The position numbers were made by a program, and so were the translations under genes. From Heptranchias perlo (taxonomy: Eukaryota), in assembly GCF_035084215.1 (NCBI RefSeq), contig NC_090355.1, positions 15,934,001 to 15,998,000 on the forward strand: a DNA stretch of 64,000 nucleotides, read 5' to 3'. Under the pieces are notes generated by a model that was not told the origin of the DNA, ran no database searches, and saw only the letters and a list, made by a program, of their open reading frames with translations. Shown piece by piece: positions 1 through 12,835 of this stretch. Numbering within the stretch: position 1 is the first letter of the stretch; every line of letters starts with the position of its first letter.

Positions 1-1776
1 ACATCGACAAGTCTGTGAGCTATCGGTTTCAGTTTTCTTTTTGGCAGTTACCATTTGATTCCTGATATACCTTTCACTGGTGAGTACAGTGCACTCGGTG
101 CAGCTGCTGTTGGAGAGGATTTGTCAGGGTAACCTATTACATCATTTAAAACAGCAATTCTACCCGTTCTGCTTGCAATTACTCCAAAAAGATTGCTGGA
201 AACTCATCAATAATGTTTCAGTGTTGACATTTATTTTTCTAATTGAACACAAAGAGGTCATTAACTTCAAAATGTTCTGGAAAGCCAGCGTAAACAAGCT
301 TTTGGGCTTAGTAGGCTATACTGTAAAACAAAAAATAGTATTTAAACAGCATAAACCAACAGCATCTCATTAATTCCATGGCTTTCAAAATTAATAACTG
401 AACATGAGCTTTGTATGGCAATTTGGAAAATGCATGTAGCAACATGTACCCTTCAAAATAAGCACAGACTGCAGACACACCAAAAGCCTGAATAGATAAA
501 GGTGTTGATAAAACACTGATCATGTCATAGTTGTAGCTGTATACAATGTGTAGAATTCTTCTACAGTAGTTTGTGGTCAGCACTCAACCTCAAAATTATT
601 GATGAAAATATAAGGCCAGTTTTTGTCAGGATTAAAGTTACCTTAGCAACAGGTCACCGGGTCTTGTCTGCACAATTTACTTCAGCAAAATACAGCACCT
701 TCGTTACTTTCTCGTATCCTCTCTACCTTCTCTGTATGTATGTTAACCACTCCCACGCAGGCAGGGGAGTGGGACCAGCTGGATTGCTCTTGCATAGAGC
801 CTGCATGGTCTTGATGGGTCAAATGGCCTCCTTCCATGCTGTAACCTTTCTATGATTCTATCTTTCATTTCTTGATTCACAACCATAGTAATCATTATCC
901 TTGTTCTTCAGTGCAGATGAAACATCAACTTACATTTATATGGTACCTTTCATGTAATAAAACATGTGTTTTATAGGAGAAGTGATAGACATCAAAGAGG
1001 AAGTAGAGTCGTTAAAAGGTGTGACTGCTTGAAGAGGTAAGTTTTGGAAGATGATTTTAAAATTGAGAGAGGTAGCAAGATGAAGATATTTAAGGAGAGA
1101 GTTGAAGGGTGCAGGGGCATGATGGCTGAAGGCTCTGCCATTGATGATGGAGTGGAGGAAGTTGGAGGCATTTTGGAGACCAGAATCAGAGAAGTAGAGG
1201 ATGCATTTGGAACGTGGAGCCCAAGAACAAACTCCCTGCTCTTCTTCCAATAGTGCCATAGGATCTTTTACATTCACTTGAACTACTAGAACTAGCAGAT
1301 GCAGCTTCAGTTTAATATCTCATCTGAACTACGGCATCTCCATCAATTCAGCACCCTTGGTGGGGGGACCAAGCTTATATAGGTACTTATGTTATAGTCA
1401 AGAGGAGCTTGGGATTATCAGAATGAATCTGGGATTGTGGGATATTTTGAGTACTGAGACGACAAGGTGAATCCACTCGAGGTGCTCTGGTCAGATGTTG
1501 GGGTGACAATGAGGCCGGTCGTGAGCCATGGGCATTTAAAACTGCAGCCCTTGGGTTTGATAACTAAAGCTTTAGGTAAATCTTGGTGAATTTTTTTTTC
1601 AACCTGCAGCTTCTGATTATTGACACATTTATATGTGAAATAGTTTACTTTTTAATACTCCTCAAGACAAAATTTGAGCACTAAATATTTGTCATGGACA
1701 TTTTTGCTTCTTCCTTTTAGAATCCAGTTGTCATTGCTCAAATGCACATTAAACAAATGCTGGAAAACACTGGGAA

Positions 1777-2258
1777 ATGCAGCTCCAACAACACTCAAGA
1801 AGCTCGACACCATCCCAGGACAAAGCAGCCCGCTTGAATGGCACCCCATCCACCACCCTAAACATTCACTCCCTTCACCACCGGCACACAGTGGCTGCAG
1901 TGTGTACCATCCACAGACTGCACTGCAGCAACTCGCCAAGGCTTCTTCGACAGCACCTCCCAAACCCGCAACCTCTACCACCTAGAAGGACAAGAGCAGC
2001 AGGCACATGGGAACAACACCACCTGCATATTCCCCTCCAAGTCACACACCATCCCGACTTGGAAATATATCGCCGTTTCTTCATCGTCGCTGCGTCAAAA
2101 TCCTGGAACTCCCAAACAGCACTGTGGGAGAACCTTCACCACACGGACTGCAGCAGTTCAAGAAGGAGGCTCACCACCACCTTCTCAAGGGCAATTAGGG
2201 ATGGGCAATAAATGCTGGCCTCGCCAGCGATGCCCATATCCCATGAACGAATAAAAAA
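1777..2258 (+). mobile_element. 3' end of a second CR1/L2-group LINE family with an A-rich tail
   Basis: AAPTTLKKLDTI..., SWNS; tail cccatgaacgaataaaaaaa. Homologous copies at 33 kb, 38 kb, 56 kb and 61.8 kb. Confidence 0.85.
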
Positions 2259-4305
2259 AATAATTAGTAATATTCAAACTGTTGAAACTTAAAGTTAAAA
2301 GCGCTCTATTATATAGACAGGTATTAACATTTACCACTCTGGTCTGAGCTGGGCCACCTTTTCTTGAGTATCTATTGGTCCAGCACAAATAAAGTAACAG
2401 AGAGCAAAACTGGAAAACATAATAGCTCTCCGTTGTGGTTTTTAAATGGTGTAGCCTGCAATTACTACAGATATCGGTCTGGTATTGACCTAACAGTGCT
2501 CTGCTCCATTTTAGTTTTGTTAAAGAGAAAATCATATTTTAGTGAAAAGCTGCTCTGATGACACAAGAACTCCCGATTAGATCCATTACATTTCATTACT
2601 GATAGATCTTTACTCATGAAAAATAATCCTTATCCATAGGATTCCCTGTGGAACCAATGAAACTGCTATTTCACCCAACCCCACACAAAGGAGATGTCCT
2701 GTGCTGATATTTGCCATAATATGAAGTGAATGGGAGTGTTTTCAAAAGTAAAATATGGCCCACACCATTCGTGAAAAGGTCAACTAATCAGCAATCACAG
2801 GGCACCAGCAAGGATCTCTTCACTCGCTGTCAAGAGAGCATTTCCACTTGAATGAACAGATCAATCTCCTGGGGATTCTTCTTCAATAGTAGAAATTTAC
2901 TAGAACGAAGTCATGTCAGGCATACGCACCTCACTTCAACAGCTCCCCTACAACACTGACCTCTTTTAACTAAAGCGATAAGAAAATGTAATCTTCTTGT
3001 GAATCATTCAGAGAATCACTGGTGAATTTGATGCTTTTGTTGAGATTGATCTCCTGCAGTGTGTACTCGCAATTCAGCAGTGCAATCCATGCTGCAACAT
3101 TTAACCAGGCTTTAGTCAAGTGCATTTTATCCCATAACTGTAAATCAATGTGGCAGCCTGACGCACCATGAATGAGTGACATTTAAAGTGATAAACAGGC
3201 CATTCATTTAAAAGAGATACCGTCATGCTCGCAAAGCTTTCTTTTGCGATATGGTCTGATATTCTTCAATTTCACCCAGTTACTACATCAGATTAAAGGC
3301 TTGAGCTATTACATTTGTTTGACCCTTTCAGCAATGAAATATTTTGTTAGTTTCAAAGTAATAAAGATGTTTCATATCATATTATTTTCTAAAATTATGT
3401 TCTGTACAAATTTACTCAGTTGTATAAAAAACCGTTCAGTAAAATTACTGTTTGCAATATGCTCATGTTTTAATGAGTCCAGTGTCAGGAAATTGCTTAG
3501 AAGCTTGATTATAATCTAATTAAATCTTACACTAAATAAGGTCACTCGCCCACATATTCAAATATATAACTGTACATTTTCCAGCAGTTTCATATCAAAA
3601 AGAACCAAATGTCCAATGATGGCAAGTCTCTTATCAACAATAACTTGCATTTCTATAGCCTTTAACAGAGGAAATCGCCAATGGTGGGATGAATGGAGGG
3701 GAGTGCACAAGTCAGAGCCAGAGGAAGAGAAATTGGGGGGAGTTGTAGCATTGGAGAAGGATATAGATAGGAAGGGGTGCGACTATATAGGGATTTAAAT
3801 GCAAGGATAAGAATTTTAAATTTGGTTTTAAATTTTATCAAGTTGAACAACAAAAAAAAGAATAATCCTTTCACGTTACTGAGGTGACAACAGCTCAAGT
3901 ATAAAATCTTTGAGACGAAGAATTCCTCAAACTGTACCAATGACGATTGGTGAAAGACGTAAAATCGAAGCACATGGATTTGTGTGGGAATCTGGAAAGG
4001 GATCCAGCACTTTCCTCGAGAACTTCATTACATCATGGATAACGTAGCAAAATGTTGAGCTTTGAGTCCCCTTGTCAGTACTACTATAATAGAGTATCCT
4101 AAGACACTACTAAGATATGTGTATGAGTGCATAATGGCCCAGATTTTCCCACAAAGGCGAGTTTGGCGACACACACCGTGTATCACGCCGTCTAGTGCGC
4201 TGATCTCACCGAAGCTTCAAATTTTGCTGGTTTTCTAAAACCCACCTCTTTGACCAACCTTTTGGTTACCCCTCCAAACATGTCCTTCTTTGGCTAGGCA
4301 TCCAT

Positions 4306-4974
4306 ATACGTGCACAAATCTTTGAAGGTGGCAGGACACGTTGAGAAAACAGTTAAAAAAGCAGACGGGGTCCTGGGCTTTATAAACAGAGGCATGTGGT
4401 ACAAAAGCAAGAAAGTTATGTTGCACCTTTAAAAAACACTGGTTTGGCCACAACTGGAGTATTGTGTCCAATTCTGGGCACCAGGCAGAAGGCCTTAGAG
4501 AGGGTGCAGAAAAGATTTACTGGAACGATTCCAGGGATGAGGGAGTTCAGTTATGTGGGTAGACTGGAGAAGCTGGGGTTGTTCTCCTCAGAGCAGAGAA
4601 GATTAAGAAGAGATTTGATAGAAGTGTTCAAAATCATGAAGGGTTTAGATAAAGTAAATAAAGAGAAAGTGTTCCCATTGGCGGAAGAGTCAAGAACCAG
4701 AGGACACAGATGTAAGGTGATTGGCAAAAGAACCAAAGACGACATGAGGAAAAACTTTTTTATGAAGCAAGTAGTTATGATCTGGAATGTGCTGCCTGAA
4801 AGGGTGGTGGAAGCAGATTCAATCGTGGTTTTCAAAAAGGAATTGGATAAATATTTGCAGGGCTACAGGGACAGAGCGGGGGAATGGGACTAACTGGATT
4901 TCTTTTGCAAAGAGCCAGCAAGGGCTCGATGGCCCGAATGGCCTCCTTCTGTGCTGTAACCATTCTATGATTCT
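4306..4974 (+). mobile_element. CR1 LINE 3' fragment, nested in an L2-type tail (about 4235-4300 and 4975-5045)
   Basis: ALERVQKRFT..IPGMREFSY..RLEKLGLFSSEQRRLRRDLIEVFKIMKG...RTRGH; ends in ttctatgattct. Confidence 0.9.
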
Positions 4975-6351
4975 GCTTACACCTCTGGGAAGCGCCTTGG
5001 GTCATTTTTCTACACTAAAGGCACTGTGTAAATGCAAGTTCTTGTGGTTTTGCTGCCATTCTTCAACAAGTGTGGAATCCATTCAACAAACCACTTCTTA
5101 ACACTTTCAATAAGTGAAAACATCAAAAATCAAATCTGGCACCATTCCACATTTACTATATCACAGTAATCTGGCAGTATAAAAATAAACTCTTCATATC
5201 TGATTGAAAATCATATGCCAAGTAATTATGGTGCATAATTTAACATTGTGCTTCTGGCAGTTTTACAGAAAAGCACTAAGAAATGCCAATGTATCTCCCA
5301 AAGTTCATTCCAATACCTTAAAAATGTTAATAATGTTATCTGCATTTTGATATTTTGGATTTGAAACATCCAATCACTTAACCTGATGCTCATTCCTACA
5401 ATGTCAGGTTGATTTATGGCACAGAATGGAAGAAAAGGAAATATTGCATTAAAGCAGAAGCAATACTGCTGAGGAAATGTTCCTACTTAACTCTGACTGT
5501 AAAGTATAACATAGGGCCTAGAATTATATGACAAACTCATACGAAACAACAGGAACTCTCAAAGAGCTGGGACAGGCTTTGCATATTTGAGAGAGACATT
5601 GGCATCAAAGTTTTTTTTATAACCTTCAAAGGATTTCAGTTGAGGTCACTCAATAATGTTTTTGTCTGCTGAAGGTGCCTGGTATTTCAATATTGCGTAT
5701 CCCGTCATCACAGTTTCTTACGGCATGGATACGCAAAATGGATTCGGAAAGCTTTACCAGGATGAGACTGAAAGCTACCGACAAGGAGAGTTAAAAAGCA
5801 AGTAGATTTAATTGCACAGATCGACGTGAGATGGGCTTCTGAATGCTCTGATTCCCCTCAAACAACAGTGTCTGAAGAGATACACAGCTGTTATGTTGTT
5901 AAGTACATGCCTAAGAATGTCCAGTAGCACTCCGGGTTCCAGAGAAAACTAGGACACTGCTTACTATAAAGATGGTAGCCATGCATCGAGTCACATGCAG
6001 CAACAGTTTAACACAACTTACTCAACACCAGCCCTTTTAGTGTAATGTTCATATTTGAGTTTCCTGTGGGAGATAGGATGCTGGCAGTCACAGATGTGTT
6101 ATGTAGGTAAATGACCAGGTAAGTGTCTTCCCACATCATTCAAGCATGGATGTTTAGCAGCCAACCAGGAATAAACAAACAATCAATGTGCATGTGAAGA
6201 TAGGACTGAGCAGGATAGTGTCGATTCAAGGAACAAATGTGGGTTAAGAAAATATGGGAAAGCATTACAAATTTCAAAAAGTGCCTTTTAAAAATGGAAA
6301 AGCTCTGCTGCCTCTCTGCTATCCCACCCATTAATCTCATCTCACTGATCA

Positions 6352-6795
6352 ATGTGTCGGCCATGGCTCAGTGGTAGCACTCTTGTCTCTGAATCAGAAA
6401 GTAGTGGGTTCAAGTCCTACTTCAGAGACTTGAGCACAAAATCTAGGCTGACATTTCAGTACAGTTCCTAAGGAGTGCTGCATTGTTGGGCGTGCAGTCT
6501 TTCAGATGAGATGTTAAACCGAGGTGCTACCTGCCCTCTCAAGTGGATATAAAAGATCCCAAGGCACTATTCGAAGAAGAGCAAGGGAGTTCTCTGGGTG
6601 TACTGGCCAACATTTATCTCTCAACTAACATCACTGAAACAAATTATCTGGTCATTATCTCGCTGCTGATTGTGAGACCTTACCGGGTTTCCTACATTAC
6701 AACGGTAACGACACTTGAAAAGTATTTAATTGGCTTTAAGTGCTTTGGGACATACTGAAGTTGAGAAAGGCATGCATAAATGCAAATTCTTTCTT
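6352..6795 (+). mobile_element. tRNA-derived Deu-domain SINE (SacSINE1/AmnSINE-like)
   Basis: A box TGGCTCAGTGG, B box GGTTCAAGTCC, central tctttcagatgagatgttaaaccgagg...aaaagatccc core, and an L2-like tail. Confidence 0.8.
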
Positions 6796-6799
6796 TTTA

Positions 6800-7160
6800 T
6801 CTACATTGGCTCCTAGTCCTACAATGCCTCAGATTTAAAATTCCTACCCTTGTGTTTAAATCCCTTCTTGGCCTCAGCCCTACAATGCCGCCCACAAACT
6901 CTCCATTCTTCTGACTCCAACCTCTTGAGCATACCCTTCTCCAGGTCTCACTCTCTAGAATTGCTTTCCTAAACCCCTCTGCCTTTCCACCTTATTCTCC
7001 TCCTTTTAGCCTCTCTTCAAAACCCACAGCTTTGACGAAACCTTTGGTTATTCCTCCTAATTACTTCCTTTTGGCTTGGTATCCATTTTTCTCACCTCAC
7101 TGTGAAGTGCTTTGGGACATTTTTCTATATTAAAGGCGCAATATGAATCTAAGTTGTTGC
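6800..7160 (+). mobile_element. Old L2 3' fragment
   Basis: ctacattggctcc...tttaaaatt...tttaaatcccttc..ggcctca followed by an L2-type tail. Confidence 0.65.
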
Positions 7161-8853
7161 AAATGGCCTTCTGTACAATCAAACTGTATTAATGAGCAAG
7201 GACGTGAACTGCACCACAGCTCAGCTTCAGCCCACGGTTAAATAAAAACACACATAAACCCTCATTAATTACTGCCATTAATTTCATACTTATTTAGTTT
7301 TTAAATTCAATCTATTCTAAATTGGGTTTCTAGGAAGAATTCCAACAGTTTTATCCTTGACTGACTTCAAATCATCCATTTTAACTTTTATATCCACTGA
7401 TATCTGGCATGACTTTGAAATCTAAGTCATAAGCCTGGCCAAATTGTAACATAATTTATGATGTCCAGTTATGATGTTTTGGATCCCATTGATTCCAAAT
7501 CCATAAATCAAACTGATGCCCTGAACCGGTATTCATTATTGATAATAGCATTACCTCATTTGACATCAACTGAACTAAGTTAATACTTAATACAAAAGAT
7601 TTTGGAAGTTGTTTGTTAAAATTCCATCAATTTCCTTTCCTCTGTTTTCAAATCTTGCTCAGTGTCAGCTTTCCAAAACATTAATGGAAAAGAAACATTG
7701 AAACAAAATAACTCCCACACTATTGGGTCTCTGATCGATTCTCAAACAACTAAAATAAAAAGACAAACAGTTGATTCTAGCTAAATGGGACACGGTAAAT
7801 GGAAAGATTATTTTGTAGTGGATTTTTTCAGACACTGATTTTCATTGTATTAAAGTCTGTTTACATGAATTTGGCCAGGTCTGAACAGCCTGATAACATT
7901 TTGCTTACAGATTCAATGTTATCTGATCAGGGTTCATGGACTATCCAGTGTTGCCAATAATTATCCCCAACACCATCTAATTTAATTGGTTTTAGTGTCC
8001 CTGGATTAGGGATGGGAAACTTAATCAGGAAACTCAAACTTAGTCTTGGTCACCAAGCAGCCAAGCCGGCTGGATGTACTTGTATTAGACATAGAGTGAG
8101 ATGGGGGGGTTAGCAGTGTGGTAAAATGGCATGCAACGAGTCACTGTAAAGGCCCACATATGAATAATGGGCACTTGGGCAAGGTACGCAGAAGGAGTTA
8201 TTGGCTTCAGGAGAGGAGGTGGGCAGAAAATTGAAGAGAAAAAAATCCCACAAAGCTATTATTTAAAAATGCATTGCAAAATCTTGTACTACAGCAGATA
8301 TAGGGCTCGATTTTCGGACATCCGAGCCGGCGGGATCGTGGCAGGGGGGCTCCAAAAATCGGGGATTCCCAGGGCGGGTCCGGAGCCCGGCTCCAACCCG
8401 CCCACTTCCGGGTTCCCCAGAGATGCGCTTACATGCGCGCGCAGCCCCCACATGTGGGACTCCCGCCGGCAATTAAAGCCGGCGGGATGGCACTTAAGGT
8501 AATTATTTTGATACTTCAGGTCATTAGCAGACCTGATTGACATGATATTTTAGGAGGGGTGGGATTTTCACCTCAACTGAGACTGTTTCCCGTACTGGGG
8601 GAAACACGCCCAGTTCAAATGGACATGTTGCAGCCATTAGCCTGTGGCAGCTGCAAAGGTCCATTTGACAGGTGGGGGGGGGGGGGGGGGGGGGAGACCC
8701 TCACTCATTGCAGGAGGCCACTCTGTTACTTGGGACAAAGTTTGGCCTCCACCACCCTCCTCCTAACAATCAAATTCACAAACTTGCACACTTACCCCGG
8801 GGTGCAGATACATTTACCTACCTTGCGGACCCCCTCAAACGTACATCTTCTGG

Positions 8854-9203
8854 ATGGGGGCCGCCGTAGCTGCAGTCATGACCTCCTCGGAGGACGAACA
8901 GCATCACCATCCACGCCGTCCACCTCTGACACGTGGAGCTCCACAACACAGTGCTGTGACACATCCACCTGCACAGCAGGAGGGAGGGCAACCACAGAGA
9001 GGGATGCGTCACAGAAGGCACTACCCTCACCACATGTAGTCGTGGACAGCTGCAGCCTCCTTCGAGCTGCTCCCGGCTGGCTCGAGCACCATCTTCTTAC
9101 CTGTCGCTGTCAAAGTCACCACTGCCCTCAACAGCTTCTCCTCCACATCCTTCCAGGGTGCCACCGGGGACATCGCCGACGTCTCTCAGTCGTCTGCACA
9201 AAA
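8854..9203 (+). pseudogene. HARBI1-like Harbinger transposase, N-terminal remnant
   Basis: Frameshifted pieces ...MRHRRHYPH, VVDSCSLL and ELLPAGSSTIFLPVAVKVTTALNSFSSTSFQGATGDIADVSQSSAQK match the Harbinger HTH region. No DDE core. Confidence 0.8.
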
Positions 9204-9765
9204 GAGCCCTGCAAATACACCTACACCCACTCTGCAGTGACACAATGGGTGTCATCAGTTGTGGGTCTTCATGGTGATCCTCAGGAAAGGGCATTATTGC
9301 ACAAACCAGACAAGATTTTCAAAGACATGGCAGTAGTGGTGCCAATATAATATGTGATGTGAGTTGGTCAGAAATGAAATACAAGTAAAAACCATGACAA
9401 ACCCTCAAACACCCTTGTGCATCCCCTTCATGCTCATGACATGTTTGCCTTATGCTTCCGACTGCACATATGTGATGCATGCCCTGTGGCTGCAGCACAG
9501 GTAGTGGCAGGTTGAGTGAGGCTGACCATGAAAGAGATGTATGAGAGGGTGAGTATGAGATAGAGCTATGAGATTGTATGAGGATTGGGTTGAGTGGTAG
9601 TGGTGGGATGAGTACTGGCGAGGTGAATAAGTGCAGGTAAGATGAGGATGAGGTTTGAGTGGGTATGAGGAGTGATGTGATAGAGTAGTGTTGGCAGTGC
9701 AGAAGGAGATGTGGGATGGGGGCGGTGATGTGGCAGACGGAGTGCAGGGGAATAAGTGTACTCAA

Positions 9766-10011
9766 TTCGGCTGACCGACTTAGGTTATTGAAGCGCCTCC
9801 TGCACTGTATGCAGGTGCGTGATACGTTGGTGGTGGCAGAGGAGGTCACCTGCACCTCGAGCCAGGCCTCCGTGGTGGCAGAGGCAGGCCACTTCCTCCC
9901 GTCCGCCAGGGAGAAGATCTCTGTCCTCCCCCTCCTCCTCACCCCATCCAATAAGACCTGGAGAGAGGCATCATTAAACCTGGGAGCAGCATTCCCCCTG
10001 GGCTGCTCCAT
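9766..10011 (-). pseudogene. Harbinger Myb/SANT-like (NAIF1/MYPOP-type) accessory protein, first exon remnant
   Basis: MEQPRGNAAPRFNDASLQVLLDGVRRR...EAWLEVQVTS...RTCIQCRRRFNNLSRSA is the typical trihelix/Myb motif. The presumed donor is degraded to TTGAGT. Confidence 0.8.
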
Positions 10012-11441
10012 GCTGTAACTTTGCATATATTCTGCAGCATCAGTCAGTGGAGGACTGTCCCTTTAAATAGGGCTCCTCCAGCTGACAGCCTATGCTGCGG
10101 CTGCGCAGTCCGCCGGCTGAGCGGCTTTCGAGCTCGAAACCCGGAAGCCAAGTTAAGTACCTTCAATTAAGCTGCGATTGCGTGCGGAGCACCCCAAATT
10201 CACTGGGCACGTTACCCACGTGCCCAGTCGACCCCCGCTGCCAGCCCGCCTCCCTCCTAATATCGGGCCCATAGTGTCTGTTCAACAATATAACTTTGAG
10301 AACTTCTAACGCTTCATTGGCTTTATTCATTTTATTTTGCTCAGTTGATATAATCCTATTTTATGCAGATTTAAATTGCCACAGGTCTCCTGTAAGAAAA
10401 TAGAAAATTTAACTCGAAAAATTTTTTTTTTTCACTGAACGGATTTTTTTTCCAGTTTCTTCTGTTCAAGATTATACAAGAGCTACTGTCTGTCTTAAAG
10501 CAAAAGCAGCAATCAGCACTAAGTAAAATGGGAGATGTTAGCTGGCAATCAGCCGTGGTTGGATAAAAATAGGGTGACTTCAGCTAATTTTTGAGCCAGT
10601 TATTGACTTCTGAATCTAAGGAAATTAGTGTTTCCAACTGTATGGTTTACAGTAATGTTAATGTTAATGTCATAGGACGATGGTCACTTTAATCAGAAAA
10701 TGATTGCAATAACAACTTCTAAAATCTAAAGTTTCTGAGCAGTTGACATCAGTGATTGTATAAATTACAGTCACATAAATAAGTAAAGGACCAGAAAAGA
10801 CTGCAATCCATCTCGCTAGTCCCAAAAATCACATTCACTCAATAATAATTACATAGAAATTGTGCACATGGAGAAGTGAGGTACAAAGAATCTTTGTTGA
10901 TTTCACTTGGAATTTCATCTTTGGGGCATTATTAGGTGTTCCTCATGAATGATCTAAATTTTATATTCAATGGCTCCCCCATTTATTAATATGTTCATGC
11001 ATGTTTTAATATCACAAATGAGAAGTTGTATAAATTTTGCAAATAATTAAATGTGTGACTTTGCTTTATCACCATACAATTTGTACACAAATATAAACTG
11101 GCTATATCCAAGGCAGTCCATTGACAACTCTTGACTCCAATGATAATGTAGTTAGGACAAGGTTAGGGATCATCTGATGTAGATTTAATCTCTGCCTGTG
11201 GAACAGCTACCATGTAGCTGTATAGATATTGTATCCAACATTCTGTAATGAATATCACTCTCAAAGTGGAACCTGGCGTCCAATGGGTTAAATATATGAA
11301 TTCTTCCAGCTTTGAGAAAAAGTATATAAAGAATACCCATTTTTAACAGAGAGTCAATGTTACAAAAACTGGAAAGGATTGACTGGCATGTTTTGTTGAC
11401 CTTGTATCAGCGTGTATTGTTATTTCAAATGAAGGACTTAC

Positions 11442-11753
11442 CTTAACAGCTTCCCCGTGGGTGACTTTTTCAAAAACCTTGTCATTCACTCGCAAGATCT
11501 GATCTCCTACTCGAAGTCCCTCTTTTTCAGCCAAGGAGCCTTGTTCAACAAGAGACACGTAGATCCCGACCCCATGTTCAGACCCTCCTCGGATACTGAA
11601 GCCCAAACCCTCATTCGTTTTATTTCTTTTCAATGCCACCTGCCTGATCTCTCCATAATTTTCTTTCATCACCAAGCTTTCATAGAAAGGAGCTCTCCGC
11701 TGTTCGGTGCTGAAATTTACTTGCACTGGTCTGGAAACGTGGGACTCCAATGG
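11442..11753 (-). CDS. WHRN: Whirlin coding exon 2 (linker and most of PDZ1), 104 codons
   Basis: GEIRQVALKRNKTNEGLGFSIRGGSEHGVGIYVSLVEQGSLAEKEGLRVGDQILRVNDKVFEKVTHGEAVK is whirlin PDZ1. Acceptor tctttctttcttcccatag| and donor AAG|GTAAGT; phase 0 at both ends, in frame with exon 1. Confidence 0.95.
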
Positions 11754-12427
11754 CTATGGGAAGAAAGAAAGAATAATAATTGTACCGAGACAATCCAATG
11801 TATAATGAAATGCAAACTACAAAAGAAAAATGCAACAAAGGAGAGATAGCAAATGCACAATGCATTTTAGAACATATTCTCAAATACAATTGTTGGAAGA
11901 GACAAACTGAAATTCTACTGTAAAATTTTCAAGTCGGATGTAATGCAATCAATCAGATTGAACTGATAGTAACATATTTATTTTAAAAATTCCTTCAGGT
12001 TTGCACTGTGCAGAACTTCATCAGACAGAAATTTTGGTACACTGTTATTCTTTTACATATTCCAAATGTAGTGCTTTATCCAGAAGGAACACATGTGCAG
12101 TACACTTAGTATCTGAAACTCTTCACATTCAGAGCTGTCCAAGAACTGTACAAGAACTTTCTCATTTTCAAAACTGTTTTATCTCGAGGGAAGCTCTCAT
12201 TTTAAAAGGTATTATGTTGTGGTTTTCGTCTTTCAATAATTCTTTATGTACTTTTAAATTGTATTTTCAAACCAATTTCTTAAAGAATCAAATGAGTCAG
12301 TTGTCTCAATCCCACATATACTTCATTATCCCCTTCTAAACATAGCTTTGTTTTGCCTTCATTCCCCTCATTTATTCTCCATTGCAGATGTTCCCAGCAA
12401 GTCCACAAGCTCCACCTTTAGGGGTCT

Positions 12428-12835
12428 GCCTTGCCTCAGTGGTAGCACTCTTGCTTCTATGTCAGATGGTTATGGGTTAAAGTCCCACTCCAGAGACTTG
12501 GACATACAGTCTAGCCTGACACTCCAGTAAAGCACTGAGGGAGTGCTGTGCTGTTGGAAATACCATCTTTCAGATGAGACATTAAACAGAGTCCTTGTCT
12601 GCCCTCTCAGGTGGATGTAAAAGATCCCATGGCAAGAGTAGGGGAGTTCTCCTGGTGTCCCAGCCAATATTTATCCCTTAACCAACAACCAGATTATCTG
12701 GTCATTATCTCATTGCAGTGGGATCTTGTAACATTACAACAGTGATTACACTTCAAAAGTAATTCATTGACTGTAAAGCACTTTGGATCATCCGGAGGTC
12801 ATAAAAGGTGCTGTATAAATTGCAAGTTCTTTCTT
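12428..12835 (+). mobile_element. Deu-domain SINE copy in WHRN intron 1
   Basis: Colinear with 6352-6795. Confidence 0.8.

Larger units (their letters stand above)
8303..10270. mobile_element. Non-autonomous PIF/Harbinger DNA transposon (internal deletion derivative), 1968 bp, in a WHRN intron
   Basis: Imperfect TIRs GGGCTCGATTTTCGGA / (rc) GGGCCCGATATTAGGA, flanked by a 3-bp direct repeat ATA (8300-8302 and 10271-10273). Contains convergent transposase and Myb/SANT remnants; CpG-rich. Confidence 0.9.

Noticed and set aside
6362-6425. tRNA gene (A and B boxes); likewise at about 12435 and 40550-40610
   Set aside because: These are tRNA-derived SINE heads continuing into the Deu core and L2-like tail, with no clean cloverleaf.
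8559-10026. 263-aa and 235-aa ORFs as functional (domesticated HARBI1/NAIF1-like) genes
   Set aside because: They lie between TIRs with a TSD, and are frameshifted, internally deleted and splice-defective.
1-11441. Next WHRN exon (expected xLKGSKKL...GRIPGG...YTWVDP)
   Set aside because: Not found by eye or in the ORF track. It probably lies left of the window; tBLASTn would settle this.
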